The notes under the pieces were generated by a model. That model worked only from the letters and a program-made list of their open reading frames with translations, did no database searches and was not told where the DNA came from. Shown one piece after another: positions 39,097 through 51,693 of a DNA stretch of 64,000 nucleotides; the first letter of the stretch is position 1; every line of letters starts with the position of its first letter. Both the position numbers and the translations under genes were made by a program. Source of the DNA: the human T2T-CHM13v2.0 reference genome, Homo sapiens; the NCBI RefSeq assembly GCF_009914755.1, contig NC_060927.1; one strand, 5' to 3'.

Positions 39097-41202
39097 GCAT
39101 ATTTTATTGTTTTGAATGAGACGCTAAGGATCCAAGGATTTCAGTTTCAATCAGGGGAACAAATTTTTTCTTATTCTAATATTCTGAAATTTTGAATATA
39201 AGTTCATCAGAAGTCTCATCCACTTATAGACAGTAAAATGCTGATTTCTCAACTTCATTCCAGTGATTCTGTTGAATTTCTCCTGTTGACCTTTCAAGCA
39301 AGTCATTTGCTCTAATTTTGCGTTTCTTTGCTATATTTAAACATTCTATCAATAAAGCCCATCTTAGGAGAATAGCCCCAAAATCTAGGATGTTGTCTCA
39401 TCCTAAATATCAGTGCCATTCTGTGTTGAAATAGGATACTGTTCCCTTCCGCTCTCTTTGTCTATTCTTTTTTTTTCTAGAAAAGAGAAAACATCTCACT
39501 GCACCATACATTTGGCCCAGCCCTCTGACCTGACAATGCTGTCTCCTTTTGTTATTTGTTTTACGGAAGAAATGTATTTCCTTTCTTAAAGCAATGAGAT
39601 CTCATTGAGCCCCTCACATGTTGGCTGCCAAGTTCCCAGCTGCTGAGCTTGTACCTTTTGTAACTCACCAGGGGAAGGTGACCTGGACTCAGGGCCCATC
39701 ATACTCCTGGGAAGCGCCTGCCTACTTCATTATCTTTAGAGTTCATCAAAAGGTCTTTCCTCTTACGAAGGAACTCTTTACTTAATAAAGTGCTCCACAC
39801 GGAATACATAAGCAGCAGACTACCCTGGGTCTAGGCTAATGTTTGCAAACAAACATGAAGCATGGCTCCCTGTGTTGCGACGACGAGGGATTTAGGTTAA
39901 AAGTGAAACAGAAGGCTGAAGACGTGTCACCTATTCTCACTGTCAGCATAACAAGTGGCCACTAATATATGTGAGTCCACAGACCACAGTTTAGTCAAAA
40001 CTTGGCTTTGCGTTTTCATGGGTCCCAACCAGTTGACCCTTCGTCGGTCAGTTGGAACTCCATTTTGCTGGTGACTGAGTCAGGTTAGTCATGCAGAAGA
40101 TCCCTGGGACCAGAGGAAGTTACTCACTCCTCCTCTTTGTTGTTTCTGAGCTATTGTGATTTTATTCAACTTTGGAAGCATGAGCACCTTTTTAGGTGCA
40201 CAGTCATCCCATAGGTGGGTGTTGAAGACACTACGGAGTTTATTCTTCTCTTTCAGAAGCATATATAGATGTGATGAAGTCCTGTAGTCATGTAGGCTAG
40301 GATGAGTTCATACTTCATGTCCATGAAGTCACAACCCAAAGATTTGCCAAAGTCAATGTTTTACAGCACCATAGGATGCTTTTGTGAACATTGTTAAAGG
40401 AATCACCCTGAAGGGAGGCAGACCCATGGATACGTGGCTTGGAGAATATATTTCGGCTCTTTCACCCTTCTTAGCTGGACCTCTGCTTCTGCTGGGTGCA
40501 ACATGCACGGTTGTGCAGAGCAGACCTCAGTTTTATGTCTCTCCTCCATCCCTAGCTCTCCTGCTCCCTGCCACCATGTCACTTTGAAAATAAAAAAAAA
40601 GACCAAGTTCTCAGACTTGCAATGCAGTCCTATTCAACTGAAAACAACTTCTTCCCTTAGGTTGGAAGGTTAGTTGGCCTTCAGAATGCATTTTGGAAAT
40701 TTTGCACCTGTCTGTCCTGTGATGTGACCGAAACTACTGCTGGGAAGCTCTCCTCTGCCATCTTCCTACATTTAACTTGGATTTCAAAGTTATAAAACTA
40801 AACATTCTTAATAAGATAACTTTGATAATCCCTCTTCTGACATATTACTATAGCCAACATCTTACTGAAATTACCCCACAAGACATTCTCAGGTGTCTTT
40901 TTACCAACACTTTTCTCCTGAGCTGGTTCTATTTTCTGGAGATGAGGTTTCAGAATAGGCTCTATTGCTTCTCAGATTATCAATTTAAGACAGAAAATAA
41001 TAGAAGTAGATACTAGCTAGCAGAAAAGATTTGTGAAGTAACAAAGCTAGGCATGGCCTGTCCGTTATGGTCTACACTGGGTTAGTGAATTCTGGAGAAA
41101 ATTCTCTTCATATCATTTCTCCTTCCTGTCCCAATACACCCTGTGCAGCACAGTGCTAGGCATATAAATAAAATTTATAGGTTAGGAGTATCATCTTGAC
41201 CA

Positions 41203-41387
41203 CAGGCCAGCAAATTATGACCACAGGCCAAATCCATTGTGTATGCAGCCTACTTGAGTGAACAAGATTTTCTTGAAACCCAGCTATGCCCATTCACTTA
41301 TGTGTTATATATGGCTGTTTTCTCACCACAGGGTCAGAGTTGCAGAGACTTCATCTGACCCCTGAAAGCCTGAAATCTTTATCTGAT

Positions 41388-41433
<46 letters not shown>

Positions 41434-41751
41434 AGAGAGAGTCTCACTCTGTTGCCCAGGCAAGAGTGCAGAGGTGTAATCTCGGCTCACTGCATCCTCC
41501 ACCTCCTGGGTTCAAGAAATTCTCGTGCCTCAGTCTCCTGAGTAACTGGGGTTGCAGGGCACACCACCATGCCTTGCTAAGTTTTACATTTTTATTGGAG
41601 AAGGGGTTTCATCACATTGGCCATGCTGGTCTCGAACTCCTGACCTCAAGTGAATCGCCCACCTCAGCTTCCCAAAGTGCTGGGATTACAGGCATGAGCC
41701 ACCATGCCCAGCCTTTGTCTGATTCTTTACAGGAAAACGTTTACTGACTCT
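41203..41751. mobile_element. MER58A-like DNA transposon split by an Alu
   Basis: CAGCAAATTATGACCACAGGCCAAATCC...GCCCATTCACTTATGTGTTATATATGGCTG...[Alu]...CTTTACAGGAAAACGTTTACTGACTCTTG followed by CTCTAGA. Confidence 0.75.
41390..41713 (-). mobile_element. AluSx/Sz-like SINE with a pure T43 tail
   Basis: Reverse Alu body at 41433-41713; TSD TTTATCTGATTCTT / TTTGTCTGATTCTT. Confidence 0.95.
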
Positions 41752-41799
41752 TGCTCTAGACCTACCACATAAAAGTCCACTCAATATTATTTTTTAATG

Positions 41800-42000
41800 T
41801 TGATATGGATTCTTCTGGTCCAGACACTTATTTGCGATGTGACTTTGAGTATATTACCCTTCTGTGCCTCAGTTTCCTCATTGTGATAAAATAAAGTTAA
41901 CAGTACCTATCTGATAAAGTTGTAAAGATTAATTAATAAAGTTACAGCTCTCAGAGTCATGCCTGGGACATAGTAAGCTGTTAACAAATATTAACTTTTA
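41800..42000 (+). mobile_element. MIR SINE
   Basis: CTGTGCCTCAGTTTCCTCATTGT core and GCCTGGGACATAGTAAGC. Confidence 0.75.
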
Positions 42001-42519
42001 TTCATCAGATCAATTGATATTATTGATGCTGAAAATATGGTCTTGTTACCAAGGACCAAGATAGACATGTTCAAGGCACTTGACTATATTATTTTATTTG
42101 AGAGTGACAAAAACATAAAGTAGACAGAATCCTAAAAGTGAACTGACAACAGGGTGAGTGCTGAGCAGGGGAAAGGAATAAGCCTTCATGATTATAAGCC
42201 TTCATGATTAGTATAGATTTGAGCCATTTCTACAAAGACGCAGGAAAGAATGTTTTTAGAATATATATATTACTGCAGTCATTAATTTTAAAAGCACCAT
42301 TAGAAGAAATAGTTCCCAGAATATAGTATGTTTTGCAATATATTGCAAAAGCATTATAGTCCTGTGGAAATTTATTAATAAAGATCAATAACACCAAAAA
42401 ATACATAGAACATTTTCTTGTAGAATGAAAACTCCAGCATCAAGGGATGGAGCAGCTGCCTGGTTCAACTCCCCATGATTCAAATCTGAAATTCAAAATG
42501 TAAACTTTATTATTTTTAT

Positions 42520-42732
42520 CAGAGATTGACAAACTTTTTTTTATTAAGGGCCCAACAGTGAAATTTTTTGGCTTTGAGGGAGTCATGTGGTCTTTTGTAA
42601 CTCTGCTGTTATAGCACAGAAGCAGCCATAAACAATATATAAATGAATATGTACATCTGTGTTCTAGCAAAAATTTATAAAATAGGTGATGGGCCAGATT
42701 TTGTCCATGATCCATAATTTGCAGACTCATGA
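42520..42732. mobile_element. MER58A DNA transposon (opposite orientation to the copy at 902)
   Basis: CAGAGATTGACAAACTTTTT...AAGGGCC...GCAGCCATAAACAATATATAAATGAAT...GGGCCAGATTTTG...TTTGCAGACTCATG. Confidence 0.8.
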
Positions 42733-43216
42733 TTTAAACAATTACAAATCATGCAAATCATGTTTTCTTTTTCTCTTCTTTCGATCACTTTCCCTTTCTT
42801 GCATATACAACTTTATTTCCCCACTTAAAATATTTCCATTTGCCAATAATATAAGGTCTATCTGAAGGAAAACAGATATATTTTACTACCTAAATTTCAC
42901 TTTGTTTGGCTGGGTATTTCTGTTTAGTGGGTTGGAGTGGGTGGTGAGCATTGTCATTTTCTTCTAATAAGTTGAAGTGACATTGTCAAAGACATTAATG
43001 AACAACAAACCAGCAATGGGTTGTGATTAAAAAGTTTACCTAAACTCTATTTTTATTTTTATGTTTCTAAAATGAAACTGAAAGGAAAATGAAAATGTAC
43101 CTAAGTAAATAAGCTCAATGCATAAATAAATAATATAGACTATGCTAAATTGAGCATCAATAATTTTAACAACTTTCTATTTACGTGACCTATGTTACAT
43201 TAGAAAAAGTGTACTT

Positions 43217-43567
<351 letters not shown>

Positions 43568-43949
43568 TTATATCACCTATCAAATTATCTCTCCATCTGA
43601 TGCTATTTCCATAAATGTGCCAGTTATTTTCCACTTTTTTGTGAGTATGAAAAAAATATATTACAAACCTATGATTGTTAGCTTGAACTCCATTTCCCCA
43701 TGAACTAAAAGACCAAAGCAATTTAGGGAAACTCCAAGTAAAGCTATGTAGAGTAAAAATCTTAATTACCAAAGGTCGCTCACTTGGGAGCCTGAACTAG
43801 GCCACGGACGGGAAGTAAGGAAGGTCCCTGAGCATTGCGGCACGTAATGTTCTCATATTTCACTCTCAGGAGAAGCTCTCAGGTTTTCTTCCAAATTCGC
43901 GTAGTCTTAAAGACCATGCTTTGCTTTTTTTTCCTTGCTCACAACAGTA

Positions 43950-44525
43950 TTTTTTTAACTGTTAAATGAAGCATGCCATCCATATAAGATACTATATATA
44001 TAGTAAGAATATAGTTGAAAGAATTCACTGGTGTACATAATGCTTGGGTCAAAAAAGAGAAAATTACCAGCACCTGACGAGCACCTTATTTTCCCACTTT
44101 CTTCCCTATTCCCCAAGTCCTCGCTGTCCTGCCTTCTGACAGCATAGATCTGTACAGCTTTCTTTTGTACACTACATACTATATAATCACACAGTTTGAG
44201 TCCTTTTGTGTCTGACATCCTTAGCTCAATTTTATGTTTTTGGGATTTATTCATATTGTCCTATGTAGCTATGGTCGGTTCTTTTTCACTTCCCGGTGGT
44301 ATTCCATTGTATGAATATACCACATCTCATTTATTCATTCTATTGCTTTGACATTTGGGAAGTTTCCATTTTTGAAGCATTACCAATAAGGCACTCTGAG
44401 CATCCTTGTACATGTCTTTTGGTGACCACGTGCACATTACCAGAGTATCTACCTAGAAGTGAAATTGCTGAGTTGTAGGGTATGCATAAGTTCAGCTTAT
44501 TAGTTTCTGCTGAACAATTTCCTTA
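43950..44525 (-). mobile_element. L1ME-like 3' fragment
   Basis: GTATTCCATTGTATGAATATACCACA...GACATTTGGG...CATCCTTGTACATGTCTTTTGGTG...ACCTAGAAGTGAAATTGCTGAGT. Confidence 0.8.
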
Positions 44526-45971
44526 AGCCCAAAACAGCTTTTAAACAAAATGGAAGTCAGTCCTGCTGAAGGCAGGCATACTGATGGCAACGGCAATGAG
44601 AGCTAGAATAATGTTTAGGAGTGCTTAGCTTTCATTCACCAAAGATGTCAAACTATGGTCAATCATGCCTATTTAAAATGGCAAGGGAGGGCACCTTCCA
44701 TAATGTAATGATTAAAGTCTGGACTCTTATGATAAGTTTCTCTTACTTGGCAATGTTATTTTTGTAAACCATTCATTTCCCACTATAATCTGCTCTTATG
44801 AATGAATATAGATTTTGTTATATATTTCTAGACATGCTGATGGCCAACCAAAGCATAGAAATACTAGTAAAAAAATAATCCAGAGATGCCAACTCACCAA
44901 AGCCATGCATACAGAGCATTTTCATACATTTCTGTGAAGATGCAATACATTTGATTCATAGTCAGCATAGATAGATGGGAGTTTTGAGGTCAAATATAAA
45001 GCTTGTGTGCTCCCAGAAAAGCAGCATTTTGAAAGTTTGAAACTCAGGCCAAAGCACTCTAGTGGGGCCCTATCCTTGGCTTCTTTGCTTTCTCACTCTG
45101 TGCTGGCAGGGCTCTTGTTGACTTCAAAGGGAGAGGCTCTGGCTGGGTAAGAGAAGTTCTCTTTGAGCGATTAACTTGAGCAAATGAGCTGCATTGGAGG
45201 ACTTCCTACCAATAAGATCTTGCCTGTGATAACTAGGAGCACATTTCTAACTTTGAAGAATATGAGTGCTTATAATAAGTATTTCAGCCACACACCGGGA
45301 GACAATATCTGAGGTAGGTGGGTTCAGTAGCTTTTAAAAATAAACTTAAAATAACATATCAGTAAGTATGTATGTAAATATAAATACATAAAATATGAAC
45401 ATCCATTTGTATAAGTCTGTATTTTTCACATCGAATAAATGGGACTGCAGAAGAAATTTTCCTACTGTAAGAATCCTCAATATTTTAACAGGGCGTCCTG
45501 AAATGCCCCTGAAGGGACTTCAGCACTTGGGTGGAGCTGGCTCAATTTACACAGTTCCCAAGGGAATTATAAGATGAAAGTGTCCTGTTCTGAGCCCTCA
45601 CTTTGGGCTAGGTTCTTTTTGAACATTGCTTCCCATCTTTGAGATAACCCTGAAAGGATAACATTGCTGTTCCCATTTTATGTATGCAAAAACAGAGGCT
45701 AAGCCTTTTCCCCAGTGTCATGTAGTTAGCATAGAAGAAGACCTATGACCTTCACCCATCCACTTTCTCCATTCTTACCTCAGGGAAGAGTCACAGAAGC
45801 TATTTTTGAGGGTGCATGTGAACCATACACAATAGCAACATGAATGACTAGGGAAGGAAAGAATGGGAATCAATATATGTCCAGTGAGTACCAGGTGGAA
45901 AATCGATGAAGACATAAAACACCTATATAACGGGGCTGATTGATTTCACTCAAGTTAGTAAAAATCCCAGC

Positions 45972-46126
45972 CAGTTGTTCTTAATCCCAACTGTACACGG
46001 ACTCACCTGGGGCCCAAGTGTCAGTACCTTAGCTTCTGTTTCGTTTGGTTTTGGATGAAGCCTGGGCAGCAGTTTATCTGAAAGGATTCCCAGGTGGTTC
46101 TCTGTAGCCAGGGTTGAGAACCACAG
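45972..46126. mobile_element. MER5A1-like DNA transposon
   Basis: Ends CAGTTGTTCTTAATCC and GGGTTGAGAACCACAG; internal TCACCTGGGG and TCCCAGGTGGTTCT. Confidence 0.7.
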
Positions 46127-47227
46127 ACTAAGATGAAATGTCTTTGTAGACAGAAAAATTAAACCTAAATCATTAATGTGACTTTTTTTTAAGAAAGCAT
46201 GGAAATAGAAGTGTTTGTGGGAAAGGGTTTGACAAACTGTTGACTGTTCTACCTGTGACACATTAGTGAAATGTTAAATGGAAAAGACCATAATTTATGG
46301 AGGTCATCTGACATGTCCATCCACAGTACTGACCATTCACATAGTTGTGAATATGGACAAGAGAGAGAGTGAGCACTCTGGCGGGGTCATCTGTATTGCC
46401 TCTCCAGACAGGGCAAGAAGGCCTGTGGTTGAAGTGCAGCAGGAGGAAGTTCTGCCTTGGGAACCCGTGCCTGAGGAACTTCATGGGACCACCAGAAACA
46501 GCATGTTGGAGGGTATTAAGGGGATCCTTTCTCTCGATGATGATTTGAAACCAGCCTTTCCTGGTAGCTTGCCCATCACAGTTCCTCTGGCCTTCTGTCT
46601 ATGGAAAGGAAACTCGGAATGAAGGGAGTCATTCAAAAGTGGAAAAAATAAGAGGCCACCTGGGTCTTACGAGGATCAGGACTCTTCTCTGGAATGTTCT
46701 ACAAATGGAGCCACACTCTGTGATTCAAGAAAGTAATGTCTGGCGTATTTTGATGTCAGACTCTAGTATTTTTCATACCAAACTGAAACTGGCACTTTAC
46801 AGGGGAAGAACTTTAGAATTTTCATTTCAAATAAGCCAGGTTTTAAAAGAAATTCTTCCCAGAAGTGCCTTTCATACTCAAGGGCATGGACTAATGCTTT
46901 CAGAGCCCTAAACTTAAAAATATGTGCTTGAAGCAGTCAGAGAGGTGCAGGTATACATATGTACTTATTGTTAAAATAACGTAAATGTGTAGTTTCATTA
47001 TTAAAGGTGGACACCTCAAACCACCACCCATGGAAGAGGCTAGATGTTACCAGACAGCCAATGGGCCCCCTGCTTGCTGCCTCCTAAACACAATCCTCTC
47101 CCCCACAAGAGGAATCACTGATTTCTTTGGTAATTCATTTCTTATTTTTTTCATTTCTTTATACTTTTATCAGCCAAATGTATATCCATAAACACTAAAT
47201 GTTGCCTGCTTTAAAAAAATATTTATT

Positions 47228-47600
47228 GATAGACTGGATAAAGAAAATGTAGTACATATACACCATAGAATACTATGCAGCCATAAAAAGGAATGAGTTC
47301 GTATCCTTTGCAGGGACATGGATGAAGCTGGACGCTATCATCCTCAGCAAACTAACACAGGAACAGAAAACCAAACACTGCATGTTCTCACTCATAAGTA
47401 GGAGTTGAACATTGAGAACACATAGACACAAAGGGGAACAACACACACCGGGGCCTATTGGGGGGTGGGGGGTTGTGAGGGGAAGGAACTTAGAGGATGG
47501 GTCAGTAGGTGCAGCGAAGCACCATAGCACATGTATACTTATTGTAACAAATCTGCACATTCTGCACGTGTATCCTGTTTTTTTTTTAGAAGAAACAAAA
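47228..47600 (+). mobile_element. L1PA11-13-like 3' end (about 370 bp)
   Basis: ATAGACTGGATAAAGAAAATG...ATGTTCTCACTCATAAGT...GAACTTAGAGGATGGGTCAGTAGGTGCAGC...TTTTTTAGAAGAAA. Confidence 0.9.
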
Positions 47601-47699
47601 TATAGGTACTACATATATATATATCTAGTACATATATATATATTTTGTTTCTTCTAAAAAATATATATATATATTATTTAGAGCTCTTTTAGTCTATAG

Positions 47700-48260
47700 T
47701 TTTGCTCCTCCATTGCAATTTATTTGTTGAAGAAATCAGATCATCTCTTGTTTCCCTTGGCTGAGATTTTGCTGATTTCATTCCCACACTGTAGAGTCCC
47801 ATCTTTCTCTGGCCTATGTATTTTTTACAAATTGGTAGTTGGATCTAGAGACTTAATGACATCCAGATTTGATTGTTTAAGGATGGCTTCTAAGGTGGTG
47901 ATGTGTTCTCATCAAGAGGTGCGTGCTATCTAATTGTCTTTCTTGGAAGCAGCCATTGATTCTCAATCCTTCCTTCATTAGGAGGAAGTGGTGATATTGC
48001 AATTTTATTCTTCATTACTTTATTAGAATTTATTTCTATACAGAGAAACTTCCTCTCATCTACAATTTGGTTACCTGTTGGTACAGTTTGTAGCAGAACA
48101 GGATAAATGTTTAAGTATTTAATTTTACCAGTGTTCAAAATAAACCATCAATTCCCTAGCATCCTTTCAAAAAGGTGGCCATTTTATTATTTTTGTATCA
48201 TTAGGAGCTTGGGATTATAAGCATATATGACTCGTTTCAATCTATCATAATTGTTACAAT
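47700..48260 (-). mobile_element. L1MC-like 3'UTR fragment
   Basis: AAATTGGTAGTTGGATCTAGAG...GAGAAACTTCCTCTCATC...TTTGGTTACC...CAGGATAAATG...TTCCCTAGCATCC. Confidence 0.65.
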
Positions 48261-48414
48261 ACCTCTTAGGAGAATGTTTTTATGGTTACATTATAGCCAA
48301 TATTATGCCTGTATAGCCATTACCCCAGGAATGATTGAGAGAGGACAAAGGGGGCATGAAAAGGCCTACTCCCACCCCCCCCAATTCTGATCCTTGAAAG
48401 TTGTATGGCCAAGG

Positions 48415-48670
48415 GAGGCAAGATGGCATAGTAGAGAGAGTTCGGGATTTGGAGTCACTGCCAGGAGACCTGGGATTGAATCTTTGGTTTGTCAGTTACT
48501 AGCTGTGTGACCTTTTGTCTCCCCCTGAACCTTTCTGAGACTCCCTTTCCTCATCTGTGAAACTGAAAGTAGTAATAACTTTTGTTCTTCGCTCAGTGTA
48601 ATGTATTAATTGAGAATGTGCACTAAGCACCTAGCACAATGTCTGCTGCAGGGTAGGCATTCAGTACAAG
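48415..48670 (+). mobile_element. MIR (MIRb-like), near full length
   Basis: TTTGGAGTCA...GACCTGGGATTGAATC...TTACTAGCTGTGTGACCTT...TTTCCTCATCTGTGAAA...AAGCACCTAGCACAATG. Confidence 0.85.
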
Positions 48671-49440
48671 TTCCCTTCCTGTCCTGAGCTCCCTTTGCAA
48701 AGCTCTGGGGATATGCACCAAACCCTAAAGGCAATGAGTTCTAGACCTAGCCATAGGCAAACTTATGAGAAATGGAAGCGCTTTAAGAATGGGGTCATCC
48801 ATTAGGCAACATGTTCAAAGATTTAAGCCCCATGAATCCATATGGTTCTCTCTTTTTTAAAAAAAAATTCCCTCTACTCTTTTTTGTTTTCATCTACAGG
48901 AAGTTTTCATTATTGCCATTCAATAAAGTTTATTTTCATTCCCTTTGTTTTCTGAATAAAGTTAACTGGTATTTCCTATAAGCCTTTTATTATAATACAA
49001 ACCAGCTCCTCTAGCTTTTGAAAGGATGCCCTTAGCTACAGTGCTGTGGGCTCCCCAGGCAGAGGACAGTCACCCCCACTTTTATCTAGCTTGAAGGACT
49101 CCAGCTTCTAGGGAGGATGGTTTTTCCTGGCACTGTTTCAGGAATGTGAGAGTCGCCAGCCTTGCGCCCCCACCCAGTGTGTGTGCGCGCGTGTGCACAC
49201 ACATATCCGCCCCCTAGGTTACTTTTTTTGTTACTACCCACCCCCCAACAAGGCCCCTTTAAATACCCAGGGTGCTGCTGTATAGTTCCCAAGTTGTTCC
49301 TTTTCACTTGTGAAAAGTGTCATTGTAAAATAGAAACATGCTCAGCATTGCCATTTATTTTCAAAGTGGAAGAAATTCTCCTCTCTGAATGCTGTGGCTG
49401 AAACCAGAAGAAGTGAGGCCAACCTCAACCAGTGGTTTCT

Positions 49441-49455
49441 TGAACTGGATGACCT
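49441..49455 (-). promoter_or_regulatory. Consensus DR3 nuclear-receptor element (AGGTCA-tcc-AGTTCA on the - strand)
   Basis: TGAACT GGA TGACCT on the + strand, two perfect RGKTCA half-sites. Function untested. Confidence 0.4.
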
Positions 49456-49549
49456 CTATTTACCCAGACAGAGAGGAGGACCCTCAGGAAACAAAAAACT
49501 TCTTCAACTGCAAGAGAAGCAGGAAGTCATTTGCTATGACCTTACCTTG

Positions 49550-49770
49550 CTATAGGGTTTGACCATATCTAGCAAAAGTCTTTCATGTGCCCTGCTCCCT
49601 GTGATCCTTATGATAATCCTGGGGAAAGCTATAGAGAGTTCTATTCCCATTTCAAAAAATAGGAAATTGAGGCTCAGAGAGGTGACTCAAGGCCTCAGAG
49701 CTGTAGAGCCAGGACTAACACTCGACTTTGCTTACTCCCCATCCAGTGGTCTTTCTGCTACCCCACCCTG
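49550..49770 (-). mobile_element. MIR SINE
   Basis: TTCCCATTTCAAAAAATAGGAAATTGAGGCTCAGAGAGGTGACTCAAGG...AGAGCCAGGACT. Confidence 0.75.
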
Positions 49771-51323
49771 GGCTTCCATTTATCTCAGAGCAGTGTGAGT
49801 TTCTACCTTCACGCTTGCCTTGCTCTCCTGGTGAGATGGATCTTGGCCTTTGCACCTGGATTTCCAGCTGATACAGGCACTTGAAGCTTATTTCATTCCC
49901 TTTGTCAACCCATCATGTGGGATCCATTCATTCAACTATAAGTATTTATTTAGCATCTACTATGTGTTAAGCTCTGTGCCCTCATTCATGGGGAACCAAA
50001 GACCCTTAAACTGCTTATAGTCAAGTGGAAGAAAACATTTTATATATAAAATTTAATAGATAATATCTGAAGTTTCCTATTAAAGTCATTTTTAATGATC
50101 CTCTCTCTTGAAAGGAAATTGATAAAGGAATTACCTCTAGGTTAAAAAAAAAAAATATGTATCCATACACCATCTTATAGCAAAGACTAAGGAAGTCTCA
50201 ACCTACCCTATTCTCATTTTCTGGCTGTTCCTGTAAAAGAGAGAGAGCATAGAAGAGGAGGCAGAAGAATAACTACGTAATGGCTCTGAGTTCCTGCGCT
50301 TGAACCACTTTGAGTGTTTCCTAATTTGAAGTAATACTAACTTATTGTTGTGGTCAAAAATCAACAATTTGCTTTATAAAACCTAATGCATCTCTTGGTA
50401 ACAAAAGCAAGGATCTAGGGAGAAGAAGGGAGTGGGGAGGGAAGTGCCTGTTCCTTTGTTGCTGTTTGATCACACTTGCTGAAGGGCCGCATGCTGCCCT
50501 CCCCACCACTCCCCAAGCCCAAACCCCGTCTTATCAGCATCTTCAAATTAAGCATGTGCTCACTGTTGTGCTATTTTCTGGACAATTGAGTTGGATCATG
50601 AACCACAACTTCTAGGCTTCAGGAAGTCCCGTTAGATTTGTCAAAGAACCATACTACCAAATGGTTTCAGAATACAGGCTCCTACACACTCACCTTGCCA
50701 GCTCCACAGAGGTTTTTAACTCATCCAAAGAGAGTAAAGCGTGAGCCTTGATACAGGAAAAAATAATCTAAGAGCAGAAATGGAAGTAAATCTGCATAAT
50801 GTGGCACACATACCTCATTTTAAAACTATTATTACTGTGTAGAGTAAAACACTTGAGAAAAATGAGTTTAATTCCTTTTGTTCTAAAGACAATTATTGAA
50901 TAGGGATATAGGATTATCTTAAAGAATGCATCTATATCACCTTACATAAAATAACAAGAAATCCACTATTTAACATGTTTCATAAAATTCTCACCTGTAG
51001 CCATAAATTAAATATTGTGATTGAACTGCCTTTGGACTATTTCATTGCTAACTCAAAGTCAACCAGTCAGCTTGACAGCTACATTTCCCTAACTGTATGG
51101 TTCAGCAGACACCAAGTAATAGAAAATTTCCTTCTGTTAGGAAAACAGAACAATTTTTCTGTATGTAGGAATTCATCTTGCAGTAACTTAGATGTTGTGT
51201 TTTTAACCAATATTTAAGTTATCACATGTCATTTGATTAGTATTGTGATTATTTTTGGAGAAGGCATGATATCAAAGAGAACTAACACATTAGGGGTTAT
51301 AAGACCTAGTTTCAAAAGCTAAC

Positions 51324-51693
51324 TTGCATGGTTAGGCTTTGTGTCCCCACCCAAATCTCAAAATTATAATCCCCATAATTCCCACGTATCAAGGGAGAGA
51401 CCACACGGAGGTAATTGAATCATGGGGGCAGTTTCCGCCCTGCTGTTCTTGTCTTAGTGAGTTCTTACGAGATCTGATGATTTTATAAATGTTTGGTAGT
51501 TCCTTCTGCATTCATTCTTTCACCTGCTGCCCTGTGAAGAAGATGCCTGCCTCCCCTTTGCCTTCCACCATGATTGTAAGTTTCCTGAGGCCTCCCAAGC
51601 CATACAGAACTGTGAATCAATTAAATCTCTTTCCTTTATAAATTACCCAGTCTCGGGCAGTTCTTTATAGCAGTGTGAAAATTGATGAATACA
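51324..51693 (+). mobile_element. THE1D/THE1C-type MaLR solo LTR inserted in a MIR
   Basis: ATGGTTAGGCTTTGTGTCCCCACCCAAATCTCA start, CCATGATTGTAAGTTTCCTGAGGCCTCCC, ATAAATTACCCAGTCTCGGGCAGTTCTTTATAGCAG, AATACA end; 5-bp TSD CTAAC/CTAAG. Confidence 0.93.

Noticed and set aside
42179-42210. Tandem 16-mer ATAAGCCTTCATGATT x2 (and similar short duplications such as TGTAGCCAA at about 13340)
   Set aside because: Routine slippage duplications, not a spacer-repeat array.
46278-46622. 114-aa ORF in non-repeat sequence (MEKTIIYGG...)
   Set aside because: No recognisable homology, a pyrimidine at -3 of the ATG and no clear exon structure; an ORF of this length is plausible by chance in 64 kb. PhyloCSF or Ribo-seq would settle it.
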